A stretch of DNA of 64,000 nucleotides, from positions 32,001 through 96,000 of IMG/VR virus record IMGVR_UViG_3300037067_001739; one strand, 5' to 3'. The notes beneath the pieces were generated by a model. That model ran no database searches. It was not told the origin of the DNA and saw nothing but the letters and a program-made list of their open reading frames with translations. Source of the DNA: a virus (taxonomy: Duplodnaviria; Caudoviricetes). The translations under genes were made by a program, and so were the position numbers. This document shows, piece after piece, positions 24,025-34,527 of the stretch (the stretch's first letter is position 1; every line of letters starts with the position of its first letter).

Positions 24025-25035
24025 CTAATTGTGTGCTCCATCACCAATCGTTTGCCCACCTGAGTTGTCGGAGAAGCGGTGAGCACCATATATCTTATCT
24101 GACTCTATGCCAAGGGTTAGTTCAAAGTAATCACCCTCAACAATTCCCCAAGCACCTTTGTTATCTGTAGTTTCAAACGTGTACTTGTAATCAGTAAGGT
24201 CGTAGTCTTTTATTGTCGTGCGGTTGATGTAATCAGTGTGCGGTACAGTTATAGTTGTAGTTGTCTTACCTGTGCTGATTACCCTCGTTTCTACCCAATG
24301 GTGCGTGTCATGTTGAGTAGATGTAACCACACCATATCCACTATAGGTTGTTGCCTCCATGTTAGCACTTGCCGCACTTATCCCCACAAAGATTCCCAAA
24401 AGCACTATTAGGACTATAGGTACAATTAAATCATGTTTCTGGAAACCGTCACGCTGTTGCCACAGGAACACAGCAAGAGATAGAACCAATACCCATAGCA
24501 ATATAGGTACAATCATCGGTTGGAATTTGTCCCAAAATGGGACTTTGTATTCTTCGCTGACAGCACCATCAATCTGTGTCTTTAGTGCCTCAATGTAGCG
24601 TATTAGAGTTAGAGATAGGTCGCTGTCCATGTTCTCTTTAGTAAGGATTTTGTCACCGTATGTTTTAGAGAATGGAACTGAAACCACATCGTTACCACTA
24701 CCGATTGAAACAAACCAAGAGTTATCGGGGAAGATGAAAATTGCCGCACCATTATTTCTCTCAGCTTTACCGATACCCATGTCATTGAATGTGGTTATTA
24801 TTTCATCTTCTTCAAGGGTAGCATCAGGAAGTACAACGACTATCTCATAATGAGACTTTGTATCTACTTGCCACAGTCTTGACGCTAGTGCAAGTTCACT
24901 TTCCAGGCTTAACCTATCGGCTGTATCGTAGACATATTTGCCACGAATGTCCTCTTTTGGTGCTCCACCACATGCTGACAATACGAGGACACCTAACAGT
25001 AATACCGCAAGAGCGATTCTCTTAATCATTTTCAC
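24025..25035 (-). CDS. TPM-domain lipoprotein / membrane protein
   Basis: lipobox LSAC, VYDTADRLS..GIGKAERNNGA, two TM helices; adjacent to LemA. Confidence 0.8.
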   Translation of the reverse strand: MKMIKRIALAVLLLGVLVLSACGGAPKEDIRGKYVYDTADRLSLESELALASRLWQVDTKSHYEIVVVLPDATLEEDEIITTFNDMGIGKAERNNGAAIFIFPDNSWFVSIGSGNDVVSVPFSKTYGDKILTKENMDSDLSLTLIRYIEALKTQIDGAVSEEYKVPFWDKFQPMIVPILLWVLVLSLAVFLWQQRDGFQKHDLIVPIVLIVLLGIFVGISAASANMEATTYSGYGVVTSTQHDTHHWVETRVISTGKTTTTITVPHTDYINRTTIKDYDLTDYKYTFETTDNKGAWGIVEGDYFELTLGIESDKIYGAHRFSDNSGGQTIGDGAHN

Positions 25036-25783
25036 CCCCGAACCACTTGTTTACAAGTTCCTCGTATTCGTCTGTACCCATCAAGCTGTTTACAAGTGGT
25101 AACAATCCCTTTGGGTCACCCTTTTGTACAGCTACTCCATATACTTCACCAGTCTCGATGTTACCAATTACAATTATGTCAACGTCACGACTGGCGAAGG
25201 CATCTGCTACAGGTTTGTCCACAAGGATAACGTCAACATTACCAAGCTTTAGGTACTGGATACCCAAGCTAAGTTCACCAAACGTCACGCTATCAGATAC
25301 GGCGAGGTTTGCTTTCACCCATTCCTCGCTTGTAGTCCCCTCTTGATACCCCACGATTAGCCCATTCAGGTTGTTAGCGTCAATAGTAGTTCCAACTTTT
25401 GCTAATATGGCTTGTGACGTGGAGAAGTATGGTTGGGAGAAGCTGACAATTTCCTCACGTTCTGGCGTGATGCTCACAGCAGAGATTACCATGTCCAGCT
25501 TACCCGCCACCAACGCTGGTAGCAAAGCATAGAAGTCTTGGAAGTCCTTGATTACGAGAGTTTTTCCAGCCTCTCGTGCAACCAACTTCACCACATCTAT
25601 ATCAAACCCCACCACTTCTTCACCTTTTCTGTCCTCAAAGGGTGGGAATGGAGTATTGACACCAACAACTATGGTACTTTCGTCTCTCGGTGTTGCCACT
25701 AAATCTTTCGTGGTTAGAATACCAAAGATTGTAGCAGTCACCAGAGCTACTGCGGCTATGATTACTGCTATTTTATTGACCAT
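25022..25783 (-). CDS. amino-acid ABC transporter substrate-binding protein (family 3)
   Basis: PFPPFE, VGFDID, ITPEREEIVSFSQPYF. Confidence 0.9.
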   Translation of the reverse strand: MVNKIAVIIAAVALVTATIFGILTTKDLVATPRDESTIVVGVNTPFPPFEDRKGEEVVGFDIDVVKLVAREAGKTLVIKDFQDFYALLPALVAGKLDMVISAVSITPEREEIVSFSQPYFSTSQAILAKVGTTIDANNLNGLIVGYQEGTTSEEWVKANLAVSDSVTFGELSLGIQYLKLGNVDVILVDKPVADAFASRDVDIIVIGNIETGEVYGVAVQKGDPKGLLPLVNSLMGTDEYEELVNKWFGGEND

Positions 25784-26353
25784 TTACTTCTCCAAACCTA
25801 AGTTAATGTCAGGTGCTTTTTCTGCGCCAGCCTCAGCTTGGAAACCTTCACGTGGCTCAAAGTTGAACCAACCAGCTATGAGACTGCCAGGGAACGTCTT
25901 AACCTTGTTGTTATAGGTAAGAACGGCTGTATTGAATGCTTTACGTTCATTGTTAATGACACGTTCCACGTTGTCAATAGACGCATTCAACTCGGTAAGT
26001 TGCGCTGTATCAAGAACTGGAACAGCCTCAGCCCTAACATTAGCATAAATACCAGTTACTTCTTGGTTTACGTTGTCAAGTTCATCAGGTGTAGTTGCCT
26101 TATCGTAACCCTCACGAAGTCGGGCTACCTCTGTGTTCAGTTCTATCTGAGCGTCCACAGAAAATTGAGCGACTTCTGCAATACGTGGTATCACATCGAG
26201 TCGTCTCTGGTAAGCGGCTTGAACATCTTCCCATGTCTTGTCAATTGTGTTCCCTGCTGTTACCATGCCGTTGTACGTTACCCACACTGGAAGAACGAAG
26301 AATAGGATTACTGCCACAACGACACCGATTAAAATTCCCCACACTTTATTCAT
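25784..26353 (-). CDS. lemA: LemA family protein
   Basis: N-terminal TM, YQRRLDVIP, FNTAVLTYNNKVKTFPG. Confidence 0.9.
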   Translation of the reverse strand: MNKVWGILIGVVVAVILFFVLPVWVTYNGMVTAGNTIDKTWEDVQAAYQRRLDVIPRIAEVAQFSVDAQIELNTEVARLREGYDKATTPDELDNVNQEVTGIYANVRAEAVPVLDTAQLTELNASIDNVERVINNERKAFNTAVLTYNNKVKTFPGSLIAGWFNFEPREGFQAEAGAEKAPDINLGLEK

Positions 26354-27393
26354 TGTTTCCCCTTTCCATTAAAATTTCAGCCACTATGTCTTGCGTTTCT
26401 AGGAGATAAGCCTCCCCGTTCTTGAACTCAAGAACTAATCCCGTTCCATCCGTAAGCAGGGACATGACAAATACCGTTCCATCACTTCCCTCACCACGAG
26501 CCATAGGAATTCGTAGCTGTCCATTGTCCTCAAATTTACTGATTCGCACGTATTGCCTCCAATAGAGCACACCTTTCTTTCTCTACTTTATTCAAGTCAA
26601 TGTTGAAATACTTGGCGAACAATTTCTCATAAGGTTCACGGTGCGGAATGAATTGCTCTTTTGGGTATCCATCCGTTTCCTCAAGAGTACAGATAGTATA
26701 TCCATTCTCATTGAGCCAGTCCACGAAAGCTGATAAGGTATTACTCTGGTCTTGAACCTCAATCATCTTGTCACATTCAGGACACGCTGGCATCTCTTTT
26801 TCCATTGATTTCCTCCTGTTTTTTCGTTGCTTCCTCACAAGTTAAGCCAACTGGAAAGCGTTCATTTGGTGACTTGAACTTAATCCACATATCAACTCGT
26901 TTGTAACAATGCGGACACCAATTCCAGCACACTACTGTATCGTTTCTGCCATCGTCACAGAACACTTCGAAATCTTCGTTACAGTTGGGACACATCCATA
27001 TGATGCCTGTGCGCCTCATTCTTTCAGCCACTCTCGGATACGCTTGATAGCGTCTGGATTATACCCCTTCTTCTCAACTTCATCTAGCTGTGCTGGCAAA
27101 CAATCCACACAGCATCCCTCGCTTAAACCTGTGTTATGCGGAACACCGAAGTAACAAAGGCTCACAACACCCATCTTCTTTCCGCACTTACTACACTTGA
27201 TTGTGTAATCAATTACGTTCATCTTTTGCTTCCTCGATAAACATTAAGATTGCCTCGTACAGACTACCGAAATCCATTTCCTCTACCTTGGTAGCTACCG
27301 CTTCGACAAGTTCATCGGTTAGTTCTATATTCTCAGCTTCGGCTACGTCATAGATGTCTTGGATGTTTAATTCATAGATTCGTCTATTCTTTA

Positions 27394-27930
27394 TCAAATC
27401 TCACCCCTTTTGCTTCTGCCGTAGTAGCAGTACCAGACTTTATTCTCCACATCGTATTTCATGTAAGAGCAACGTCTGTAGGGAGAACCTTTGTAGTTTT
27501 GCCGCATCCAGCTATGATTACAGTCGTCTCGCTCTTTGTATGCACAATAGACTTCATCCATTTCCAATTTGTTGTTATAGATGCCAGTATAGGAGCGCAC
27601 TCCATCAATATGCCTAGTATCAATAACGTTAGGAACACTCTTAATTTCGTGTGCCTTTACGTTCAGTAATTCTCGTTCAATTATTGCGTCTGCTCTAGTG
27701 ATGCACCTGAATCTATCTGAACAAGTGTCACAATACTGGTAACCATGCAGTCTTGCCGCATGATTGACAAGAAAACAATCTACGACCTCAGTCATACAGT
27801 CAGTGCAAACAACTGTCATGAAACGGTCACGGACTACCTTGACCACTCCGATTTTGTCCACGTCTTTGTGGGATTCACAAGTGGGACAATACCATCCATA
27901 ACCTCTAACTTTTGTGAGTAGCTTTTTCAT
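27394..27930 (-). CDS. Cys-motif protein
   Basis: CDTCSDRFRCIT plus zinc ribbon. Confidence 0.7.
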   Translation of the reverse strand: MKKLLTKVRGYGWYCPTCESHKDVDKIGVVKVVRDRFMTVVCTDCMTEVVDCFLVNHAARLHGYQYCDTCSDRFRCITRADAIIERELLNVKAHEIKSVPNVIDTRHIDGVRSYTGIYNNKLEMDEVYCAYKERDDCNHSWMRQNYKGSPYRRCSYMKYDVENKVWYCYYGRSKRGEI

Positions 27931-28090
27931 TTGCTAACTTGTCCTTAGCCCAATCATAGAGAAGGAACACATGCCACAGTTCACCACGCCCTGACGCATT
28001 CCAAAGTGCCTCTGGTGTTACTGGTGTGTCAGGATTATCAAGCTTCATTGCTTTGACAATAATCTCGCACATTTCTTTTCCAGTTGGCAT

Positions 28091-28309
28091 TTATTTCTCC
28101 TTTGGTTTTCTTCCCCTGCCTTCCCACTTACCGCTTGTTTCATGTTCTTTTATCCATTTTAGAACACTATCTGCAAGAAATACACAACTGTTCCCAAGAC
28201 GGATTACAGGAAAATTCTTCTCTCTAACCAATCTTGCTAATTGACTTTTATCAATTTTTAAGAGTTCAAGGATACGTTCCTCGCTCCATACTTCTTGTTC
28301 TAAGACCAT
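28091..28309 (-). CDS. excisionase-like helix-turn-helix protein
   Basis: LLKIDKSQLARLVREKNFPVIRLG..LKWI. Confidence 0.7.
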   Translation of the reverse strand: MVLEQEVWSEERILELLKIDKSQLARLVREKNFPVIRLGNSCVFLADSVLKWIKEHETSGKWEGRGRKPKEK

Positions 28310-28654
28310 TTATATAGCCTTTAGTAATTTCTGGCAGGATTTTGACTTGAGACAATTTCCACCAGATTTTTGAAGCTGAACTATCAGCTTTTGTAACGAT
28401 ATTTTTACTTCTTTGGGGAAGTAGAGGTCCACTGCCACCCTCTTTGCTTTGGCTGGGTCGCAGTCTTTCCAGATTTCGTAGAAGACTTTTTGGTCGGCTT
28501 TGTCTTTGAGAGCTTGGTAGATTTCGTTTTCCGTTGTGTAGAGGACGATGGTTTTTCTGTCACCGTACTCTCGGATTTCTGTTCTACCTTTTCTTTCTGG
28601 TTTAACAGTCCCTCTATTCCTGACTTTATTGGGTGCTTTTTGTATTCTTCCCAT
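28310..28654 (-). CDS. hypothetical protein (overlaps the upstream ORF)
   Basis: 114-aa ORF abutting the HTH gene. Confidence 0.55.
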   Translation of the reverse strand: MGRIQKAPNKVRNRGTVKPERKGRTEIREYGDRKTIVLYTTENEIYQALKDKADQKVFYEIWKDCDPAKAKRVAVDLYFPKEVKISLQKLIVQLQKSGGNCLKSKSCQKLLKAI

Positions 28655-28923
28655 TGTTTCTCATCCAATCCTATAGGATATGCGTCAAGAGTGCCAGGTT
28701 CACGACCTTGCTTGAACATCGTAAGCCAGTAAATCTTACCATCAAAAAACACTTCACCTTGATTCCCCCACTCATCTGTTATCCACCTTGTAGATGAACG
28801 GTCTTTGGTTTCACCGTCATGGGTAACCTTGCGTCTCTTTTTGGATTGCTTTTTGAAAGCTTCCTTACGGGCTACCTTCTCAGCTTTTTCAATTTCCTTT
28901 TTGACTTTTTTGCTGTATCGCAT
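28405..28923 (-). CDS. hypothetical basic protein
   Basis: 172-aa ORF; low-complexity K/S/T tail in the overlap. Confidence 0.5.
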   Translation of the reverse strand: MRYSKKVKKEIEKAEKVARKEAFKKQSKKRRKVTHDGETKDRSSTRWITDEWGNQGEVFFDGKIYWLTMFKQGREPGTLDAYPIGLDEKQWEEYKKHPIKSGIEGLLNQKEKVEQKSESTVTEKPSSSTQRKTKSTKLSKTKPTKKSSTKSGKTATQPKQRGWQWTSTSPKK

Positions 28924-29179
28924 ATTCTTCTACCAACCTATCAGCTATTCTCGCAAGAAGTGATTCATCGAATTTGCCCAAGTTTTTATTGATTTCTACT
29001 CGTGTCCCAAAGCACTTCATGAACAGATGATTGTCACCCATTTCTTCACGCATTATCCGTACTGCATGTAGCGGGCAACAACTACTCTGTGATGTATAAC
29101 AACCGAATCGGAAGTCACAAGCACTACAGGGTGGGGCTTTGAATGTAAAGATGTCCTCGGTAACTTGAGTTATCTCCAT
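28889..29179 (-). CDS. Cys-motif protein
   Basis: CSACDFRFGCYT. Confidence 0.72.
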   Translation of the reverse strand: MEITQVTEDIFTFKAPPCSACDFRFGCYTSQSSCCPLHAVRIMREEMGDNHLFMKCFGTRVEINKNLGKFDESLLARIADRLVEEYAIQQKSQKGN

Positions 29180-29550
29180 GACACACCCTCTATCCATTCA
29201 ACGCCCTTTATCTTTAGTCGCATCGGTTCGTTACCCTCAGCAGACAAAAACTGAGCCAAGATAACTCCATGAAAGATGTGAAACATACCATCATGCTCGG
29301 CATGTATTGTAACCTTGCTACCTACCATATTTCCACACTTAAAACACTTCGGGCAGACAGCATCAAGTTCAAATCCATCCTGTCCAGCCAACTGTCGGTT
29401 CATACTTAAATGAACTATCTGGAATGTGGAACGTCTGCTTGTCCAGCATTTGAATCGTTCATCGCATACTTGGCATTTGCTTTCATCTTTCTCGACACAC
29501 TCGTACTCAAGTTCTGCGTACATGAGCATTTCCTCAGTCGGTATTGCCAA
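29170..29550 (-). CDS. Cys-motif protein
   Basis: CQVCDERFKCWT. Confidence 0.72.
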   Translation of the reverse strand: MAIPTEEMLMYAELEYECVEKDESKCQVCDERFKCWTSRRSTFQIVHLSMNRQLAGQDGFELDAVCPKCFKCGNMVGSKVTIHAEHDGMFHIFHGVILAQFLSAEGNEPMRLKIKGVEWIEGVSWR

Positions 29551-29749
29551 TGTCGTCTACCACCTTGAGCAAGTCACTCAGTCTAGGGATTTCCCCCGAC
29601 TTGACTTTTACAGGATTGTGTTTTACACGTTCTGTAAAGCACTGAAACCTATTTTTACATGCGTTACAACAAGTGGGGTCAGTTTTCATTTTGTCACATT
29701 GACTTATTACTAGCTGACCCTCGACCCATTCAAAATGCACTTTTCCCAT
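29534..29749 (-). CDS. Cys-motif protein
   Basis: CNACKNRFQCFT. Confidence 0.72.
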   Translation of the reverse strand: MGKVHFEWVEGQLVISQCDKMKTDPTCCNACKNRFQCFTERVKHNPVKVKSGEIPRLSDLLKVVDDIGNTD

Positions 29750-29758
29750 TACACTTAC

Positions 29759-29787
29759 ACTATAGCACAAGCCACGTGCATAGTCAA
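29759..29787 (-). promoter_or_regulatory. sigma70-type promoter
   Basis: TTGACT-17 (GGCTTGTGC)-TATAGT. Confidence 0.75.
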
Positions 29788-29800
29788 GCCTGGACGTTGG

Positions 29801-30181
29801 CTATTGCTTTATGTAATCTCGAAAGTCCTTATATGTCGGGAATTTCTCCCGCATAAGCTTTGCCACACCTTCACGGTCAAGACCTTGCTCTTTCATGAGG
29901 TAATTCACAATGTCACTTTCTGACGCTCTTTGGAAGGTGCAACAAGGGCAGTATTTTGCATCCAGTTCGTAGTAATCAAATTCCTCATCTTCTTCCATCT
30001 TGTCCTCAACCGCTTCCCTACCACCTACTGTGTGGTCACGGCAGAATGTGTGTCCGTTTTCGCACTGGAACATATCAGCATCATCAAGACCCATGTCCCA
30101 TCCACTGGCATCCTCTCCGCACACATCGCAGATGAATGACGTGGAACTACTGTTACTTATAAAACCATGTCTTACTTTCAT
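29801..30181 (-). CDS. SNSSS-family protein 11
   Basis: MKVRHGFISNSSSTSF. Confidence 0.8.
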   Translation of the reverse strand: MKVRHGFISNSSSTSFICDVCGEDASGWDMGLDDADMFQCENGHTFCRDHTVGGREAVEDKMEEDEEFDYYELDAKYCPCCTFQRASESDIVNYLMKEQGLDREGVAKLMREKFPTYKDFRDYIKQ

Positions 30182-30194
30182 TATAAACTCTCCA

Positions 30195-30524
30195 TTATTT
30201 TCTTAAAGTTTCCCACAAAGATACAATTATCACATGTGAGGCATCATCTGGATGAATCACGAAATCATCAGTCTCTAATGGGGTAAGCTTCATTCCCCTC
30301 TCTATGGCTACTCGTTTGCAGTCAACAAGTAGCTCGGTTTTCTTATCCCACAACTTATAGTAATTCCGTATATGAGTGCCAAAACCATGATGATACAAGT
30401 ACAATTCATGCTCTCTTAGGACACTCTTTATATTGTTTTTAGATGATTCCTCAAGTCTGGATATGATGTCCTTGACCGCCGCATCAACGGTTAGTATCCT
30501 GTCCTCAACGATGAAATCTTCCAT
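30195..30524 (-). CDS. hypothetical protein (possibly DUF6794-like)
   Basis: HHGFGTHIRNYYKLW..HPDDASHVII. Confidence 0.6.
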   Translation of the reverse strand: MEDFIVEDRILTVDAAVKDIISRLEESSKNNIKSVLREHELYLYHHGFGTHIRNYYKLWDKKTELLVDCKRVAIERGMKLTPLETDDFVIHPDDASHVIIVSLWETLRK

Positions 30525-30525
30525 G

Positions 30526-30915
30526 CTACTCTGAGCTTACTTCGCCATAGTGCAGGTCTACTTCATTTTCCGTGTACGTTACCCCAAGTTTCTTTGCCGC
30601 CTCGATGAATTCTTTCTTCAATTCGAGAACGGTCTTACCAGCTTTCAACGCTTCCTCAGCGTAGATGCCGACATAATAAGGTTCGTAGCTGTCACGCATA
30701 ACCTCTGCATCCTCGGTGTCCCAATCAAATTCTCCACCTAAGAATACCAAAGATTTGCCATTGTACTCACCACCAAACCCATCTTCAAGACTAACCTTGT
30801 CAGCAACAGCTAACTGGTTGCCACGTCTGTCTGACGACCTGTAGCTACAGGATGCACCGACAATAAGGAAACTGGAAGAACTGGAGTTACTTACAAACCC
30901 AAACCTTAACTTCAT
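30526..30915 (-). CDS. SNSSS-family protein 10
   Basis: MKLRFGFVSNSSSSSF. Confidence 0.8.
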   Translation of the reverse strand: MKLRFGFVSNSSSSSFLIVGASCSYRSSDRRGNQLAVADKVSLEDGFGGEYNGKSLVFLGGEFDWDTEDAEVMRDSYEPYYVGIYAEEALKAGKTVLELKKEFIEAAKKLGVTYTENEVDLHYGEVSSE

Positions 30916-30930
30916 TTGCCTCTCCTTTAC

Positions 30931-31314
30931 TTAGCAGGACTCAGTGCCACCGACTAATTTTACTTCAACGTCAGGTTCACCTATCCCTGCAAAAAGTTCC
31001 TTTAATTTCTTGACATATTCTGCAACTTCATCCATAGATAATGAGAACGTGTCCATATAGGAATCTTCGACAGATGCAAGCCGATACCCGAAGTATCTTC
31101 CTTCGTCAGCATCGTCAAGAGGTTCATCTGCATCTTCTACGATTTCGCTCAGACACACATCCTCAAAACCATCTGCCCACTCAGGTAACTCAAAGCTGAA
31201 CCTCTCTGCCAGCTTTTTCTTGAGTGCTTCCTCGTCTATCTGGCTGACATCTACGGCAACCATGACGAAGCTTTGCGAACTGCTGTTTGAAACAAACCCA
31301 ATTCTTACTTTCAT
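30931..31314 (-). CDS. SNSSS-family protein 9
   Basis: MKVRIGFVSNSSSQSF. Confidence 0.8.
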   Translation of the reverse strand: MKVRIGFVSNSSSQSFVMVAVDVSQIDEEALKKKLAERFSFELPEWADGFEDVCLSEIVEDADEPLDDADEGRYFGYRLASVEDSYMDTFSLSMDEVAEYVKKLKELFAGIGEPDVEVKLVGGTESC

Positions 31315-31323
31315 TTTTATCTC

Positions 31324-31878
31324 CTAATGATAACTTATTTGCTCGTGTGGCAATTTATTGAATATTCCACCATGTTCAAGTGTAGAATAGTAAGCACCAC
31401 TTTCATCACCATAATGGAATACATAGATAACCCTATCTTTCCACTTCTCAAGCAAAGCATCTACGACCTTCTCAGCCGTCTCTGCATGTGCTTTCTCATA
31501 AGCCTTCCAGTCATAATCCTCTTTTAATTCGGCTTTAAGAATAGTGCTTCCTTTGAATTCCAAGGTAGTTATCTGCTTTGGGATTATCTTGAAATCTTCG
31601 TATTCAGGTTTGCCATCAAACCAACCATTGGCGATTGTATCAAAGACTTTCTGGTTACGGTATTTTTTCGTCCAGCGTCTTTGACCCCTCAAGTCGTTCC
31701 ACACTGTCTTAGCAATGTCCTTGGTGCTGGTAACACCCTCGTCATAAGGGTTACCCATTTCGAGGGCATCACCGAACAGCATCTTCTGGACTTCCCTATA
31801 ACCCTTTGGTACGCTAGGAAAAGCCACCACGAACATTGAGCTAGAACTATTGCTTACAAAACCTGCTCTGATTTTCAT
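31324..31878 (-). CDS. SNSSS-family protein 8
   Basis: MKIRAGFVSNSSSSMF. Confidence 0.8.
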   Translation of the reverse strand: MKIRAGFVSNSSSSMFVVAFPSVPKGYREVQKMLFGDALEMGNPYDEGVTSTKDIAKTVWNDLRGQRRWTKKYRNQKVFDTIANGWFDGKPEYEDFKIIPKQITTLEFKGSTILKAELKEDYDWKAYEKAHAETAEKVVDALLEKWKDRVIYVFHYGDESGAYYSTLEHGGIFNKLPHEQISYH

Positions 31879-32447
31879 TAAGTTGTCTCCTGCTTCAATA
31901 CGATGGCATCTCCTGTTTTAACCAAGTCATTAACCATCTGCTTGAGAGTTCCCCACATCGCATCTTCCTCAAAGGACACAAAGACCCAATCCTTGTTGCC
32001 AGCAATCTTTAGGATTTCCTGCTCACATTTGGCTCGGTCTTCCTGTAAGTCTTCCTTGAGTCTGCGTATATCTCCAAGAAAATCCCCCTTATCCCTCGCA
32101 CCACGCATTTTGGCAGGAAGTGGATACTTTCTATCTGACCTTATTGCCTCTTTACGTAGCATATGAAACGTGGAATACTTTTGTAGGAGTTCGTGGTCTA
32201 TAAAGGACTGGTTTGGTATCACATCTATTCTAGCATAAATGCCATCCAGATACACAATATCCTTGTCAATATCCTTTATCTCGGTCTTGAGTTCCTTTAT
32301 GCGCTCAGGCACAGTAGGACATGGGTTATCCATAGGGTGTTTCAGATGTTTCAGGATAAACTCCACCGACTGAACTTTGTCAGGTTTTACAAGAATGACA
32401 AAGCTTGTGCTCGAACTGTTACTTACAAATCCACTTCTCGTTTTCAT
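31878..32447 (-). CDS. SNSSS-family protein 7
   Basis: MKTRSGFVSNSSSTSF; SD GAGGT before the ATG at 32447. Confidence 0.8.
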   Translation of the reverse strand: MKTRSGFVSNSSSTSFVILVKPDKVQSVEFILKHLKHPMDNPCPTVPERIKELKTEIKDIDKDIVYLDGIYARIDVIPNQSFIDHELLQKYSTFHMLRKEAIRSDRKYPLPAKMRGARDKGDFLGDIRRLKEDLQEDRAKCEQEILKIAGNKDWVFVSFEEDAMWGTLKQMVNDLVKTGDAIVLKQETT

Positions 32448-32618
32448 AATTACCTCGTATAGCAGACAAATCTGATTCTGCACCTAGCACATTTGCTATT
32501 CCCCAATCCTCTACCACATCTTCTCGGTTTAAGTGGGCAATTTTCAGGGTCAAATGAACTACCTGGCTTAATACAGTAGTCTCTGCATAGAAGCCAACAA
32601 TATTTCTTAGCACCCACC

Positions 32619-32987
32619 TTAGTAATCTACGTTTTGTATGATTTCGATACCATCAGTTTCAGGGATACCTTTTTCATACAAGACGTATTCTTCTGGTGTA
32701 TCCTCGTTAGATACAGTACCAAAGAGAATAACTTTGCCCGCTTTGATAGCCGCAAGTGCTTTGTGGTACTTTTCAGCTATATCTGAATCTTCTTCAAGTT
32801 CCTCGTCTCCCCAATAGTCCTTGAAAGCTTTGACTAAGGCTTCCTCTGTGCTGATAACCTCATCACAGAAGTCTGCCAAGTTTACTTTGACGGCGACCTC
32901 GGTTATACCATTTGACTTATTCTTGTCAACGGCAACGATGAAACTACTGGAGCTTGAGTTGCTTACGAAGCCTATTCTAGCTTTCAT
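32619..32987 (-). CDS. SNSSS-family protein 6 (paralog of 5)
   Basis: MKARIGFVSNSSSSSF. Confidence 0.8.
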   Translation of the reverse strand: MKARIGFVSNSSSSSFIVAVDKNKSNGITEVAVKVNLADFCDEVISTEEALVKAFKDYWGDEELEEDSDIAEKYHKALAAIKAGKVILFGTVSNEDTPEEYVLYEKGIPETDGIEIIQNVDY

Positions 32988-33346
32988 TAGTAACCACCAT
33001 CACCTTGAATGACTTCAATATCGGGTGAGTCGGGAATACCTGTCTCGCAAAGGAACTGTTCAAGTGCCTCACCATCGGAGTCACAGCTACCGAAGATAAC
33101 TTTATTACCTGCTTCAATGGCTCTCAGACAATCCTTGAACTTATCTGCCGCCCAACTATCCTCCAGATAGTCGTCACCATATTCGTACTCAAAGTAGTCC
33201 TTGAGTTCCTGCTCTGTGGCGATTATCTTGTCTGCGTAGTCCGCAAGGTCAACGTCAATCTCTAACTTGATTTTTGTCGTGTCTTTGACGGCAACCACGA
33301 AGCTACTTGAACTTGAATTGCTAACAAAACCGTTTCTTATTTTCAT
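32987..33346 (-). CDS. SNSSS-family protein 5
   Basis: MKIRNGFVSNSSSSSF. Confidence 0.8.
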   Translation of the reverse strand: MKIRNGFVSNSSSSSFVVAVKDTTKIKLEIDVDLADYADKIIATEQELKDYFEYEYGDDYLEDSWAADKFKDCLRAIEAGNKVIFGSCDSDGEALEQFLCETGIPDSPDIEVIQGDGGY

Positions 33347-33712
33347 TTTCTACCTCATTCTACCGCAAGTAGGACACCTTTTCAGTGACCAATATTTATC
33401 TTGCCATTCTTTTAAGATTTCAGGATGCCCGTTGTTCATGAATTTAACACAAGCCCAACGTAAATCATCCATTTCATTGACACAGCTTGCGTCTGCTATC
33501 AGTTGCCGCATCTTGTCAACTGTCTCGACTTCAACGTTCTTATACTGTTTCATTTTAATCCTCGAAGTGGCGAATGTTTCCTGTGTCGGTAAATGCTGGT
33601 TTAATCGTGTCCCTTATATGTTTCAAATCTGACGTGGGAAGATTATTATACTCAGCATCTTTTATCTCGGCATCCAGAGCTTCTGTTAATCTCTGACGTG
33701 CCTGTTCATCTG

Positions 33713-33928
33713 CTATTTCTTCTCTAAAGCCCATTCTCCCTCTCCATGTAGCGGACAGTCTCCGCTAATCCAGAACATCTTTTCGCTGTTCGGTTTATCA
33801 TGTGTACCCCAAGCACCTCTGCCGTGTGCGTTGTCCAATACAGGACATGTACAGCCAGCTTTAATAGCCTTGTCGCTTCCTGGCGGTGCTTGTATTGTTA
33901 ATCGTTTTACTACGCTCTTACTTGGCAT
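33713..33928 (-). CDS. small Cys/His protein
   Basis: PGSDKAIKAGCTCPVLDNAHGRG..CPLHG. Confidence 0.65.
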   Translation of the reverse strand: MPSKSVVKRLTIQAPPGSDKAIKAGCTCPVLDNAHGRGAWGTHDKPNSEKMFWISGDCPLHGEGEWALEKK

Positions 33929-34210
33929 TTAGTAATCCACCACGATATATTTCGGGTCAACCCCGATACGCTCAAGAAATTCCCTGACCTGTGATTCGTG
34001 TTGGCTCATTTCACCAATGAAGTAGTAGTCATACTCATTGATATAAGTCTCATAGAGAGGTTTAACATTGGTGCCAGGAATTTCCACCACGTCACGCATC
34101 TTTGATAGCCAGTCACTAAATGCTTCTATCTGTTCGTCTGTCATGTAGCATTTAGCTATGCAAAAAGAACATGACGAAGAGTTGCTGACGAAACCTGTTC
34201 TTAGTTTCAT
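33929..34210 (-). CDS. SNSSS-family protein 4
   Basis: MKLRTGFVSNSSSCSF. Confidence 0.8.
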   Translation of the reverse strand: MKLRTGFVSNSSSCSFCIAKCYMTDEQIEAFSDWLSKMRDVVEIPGTNVKPLYETYINEYDYYFIGEMSQHESQVREFLERIGVDPKYIVVDY

Positions 34211-34527
34211 TTCTTCCTCTTCCCCAATGTTATTCTGCCCTCACCATCGTTACCATGCAGTTCTGCAACAACATAGTCACCGAGGATTTCTACGAGCCTG
34301 TAGTAAGCGTCATTGTAAGGTTCTTCCTCGGAATCCTGATGGCTGTCCCAATAATCCTCATCTTTCTGACCCATTTCTTCCTGCCACAGTTCACCCTCAG
34401 TCAACAGGATATGAAATACCTCTTTCACTTGGTCAGTCTCGGCTTCAGGTACGTTGTACCCTTCGGGAAGCATTACGACAAAAGAACTGCTGGAACTGTT
34501 GCTTACGAATCCTTGCCTGATTTTCAT
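34207..34527 (-). CDS. SNSSS-family protein 3
   Basis: MKIRQGFVSNSSSSSF. Confidence 0.8.
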   Translation of the reverse strand: MKIRQGFVSNSSSSSFVVMLPEGYNVPEAETDQVKEVFHILLTEGELWQEEMGQKDEDYWDSHQDSEEEPYNDAYYRLVEILGDYVVAELHGNDGEGRITLGKRKK

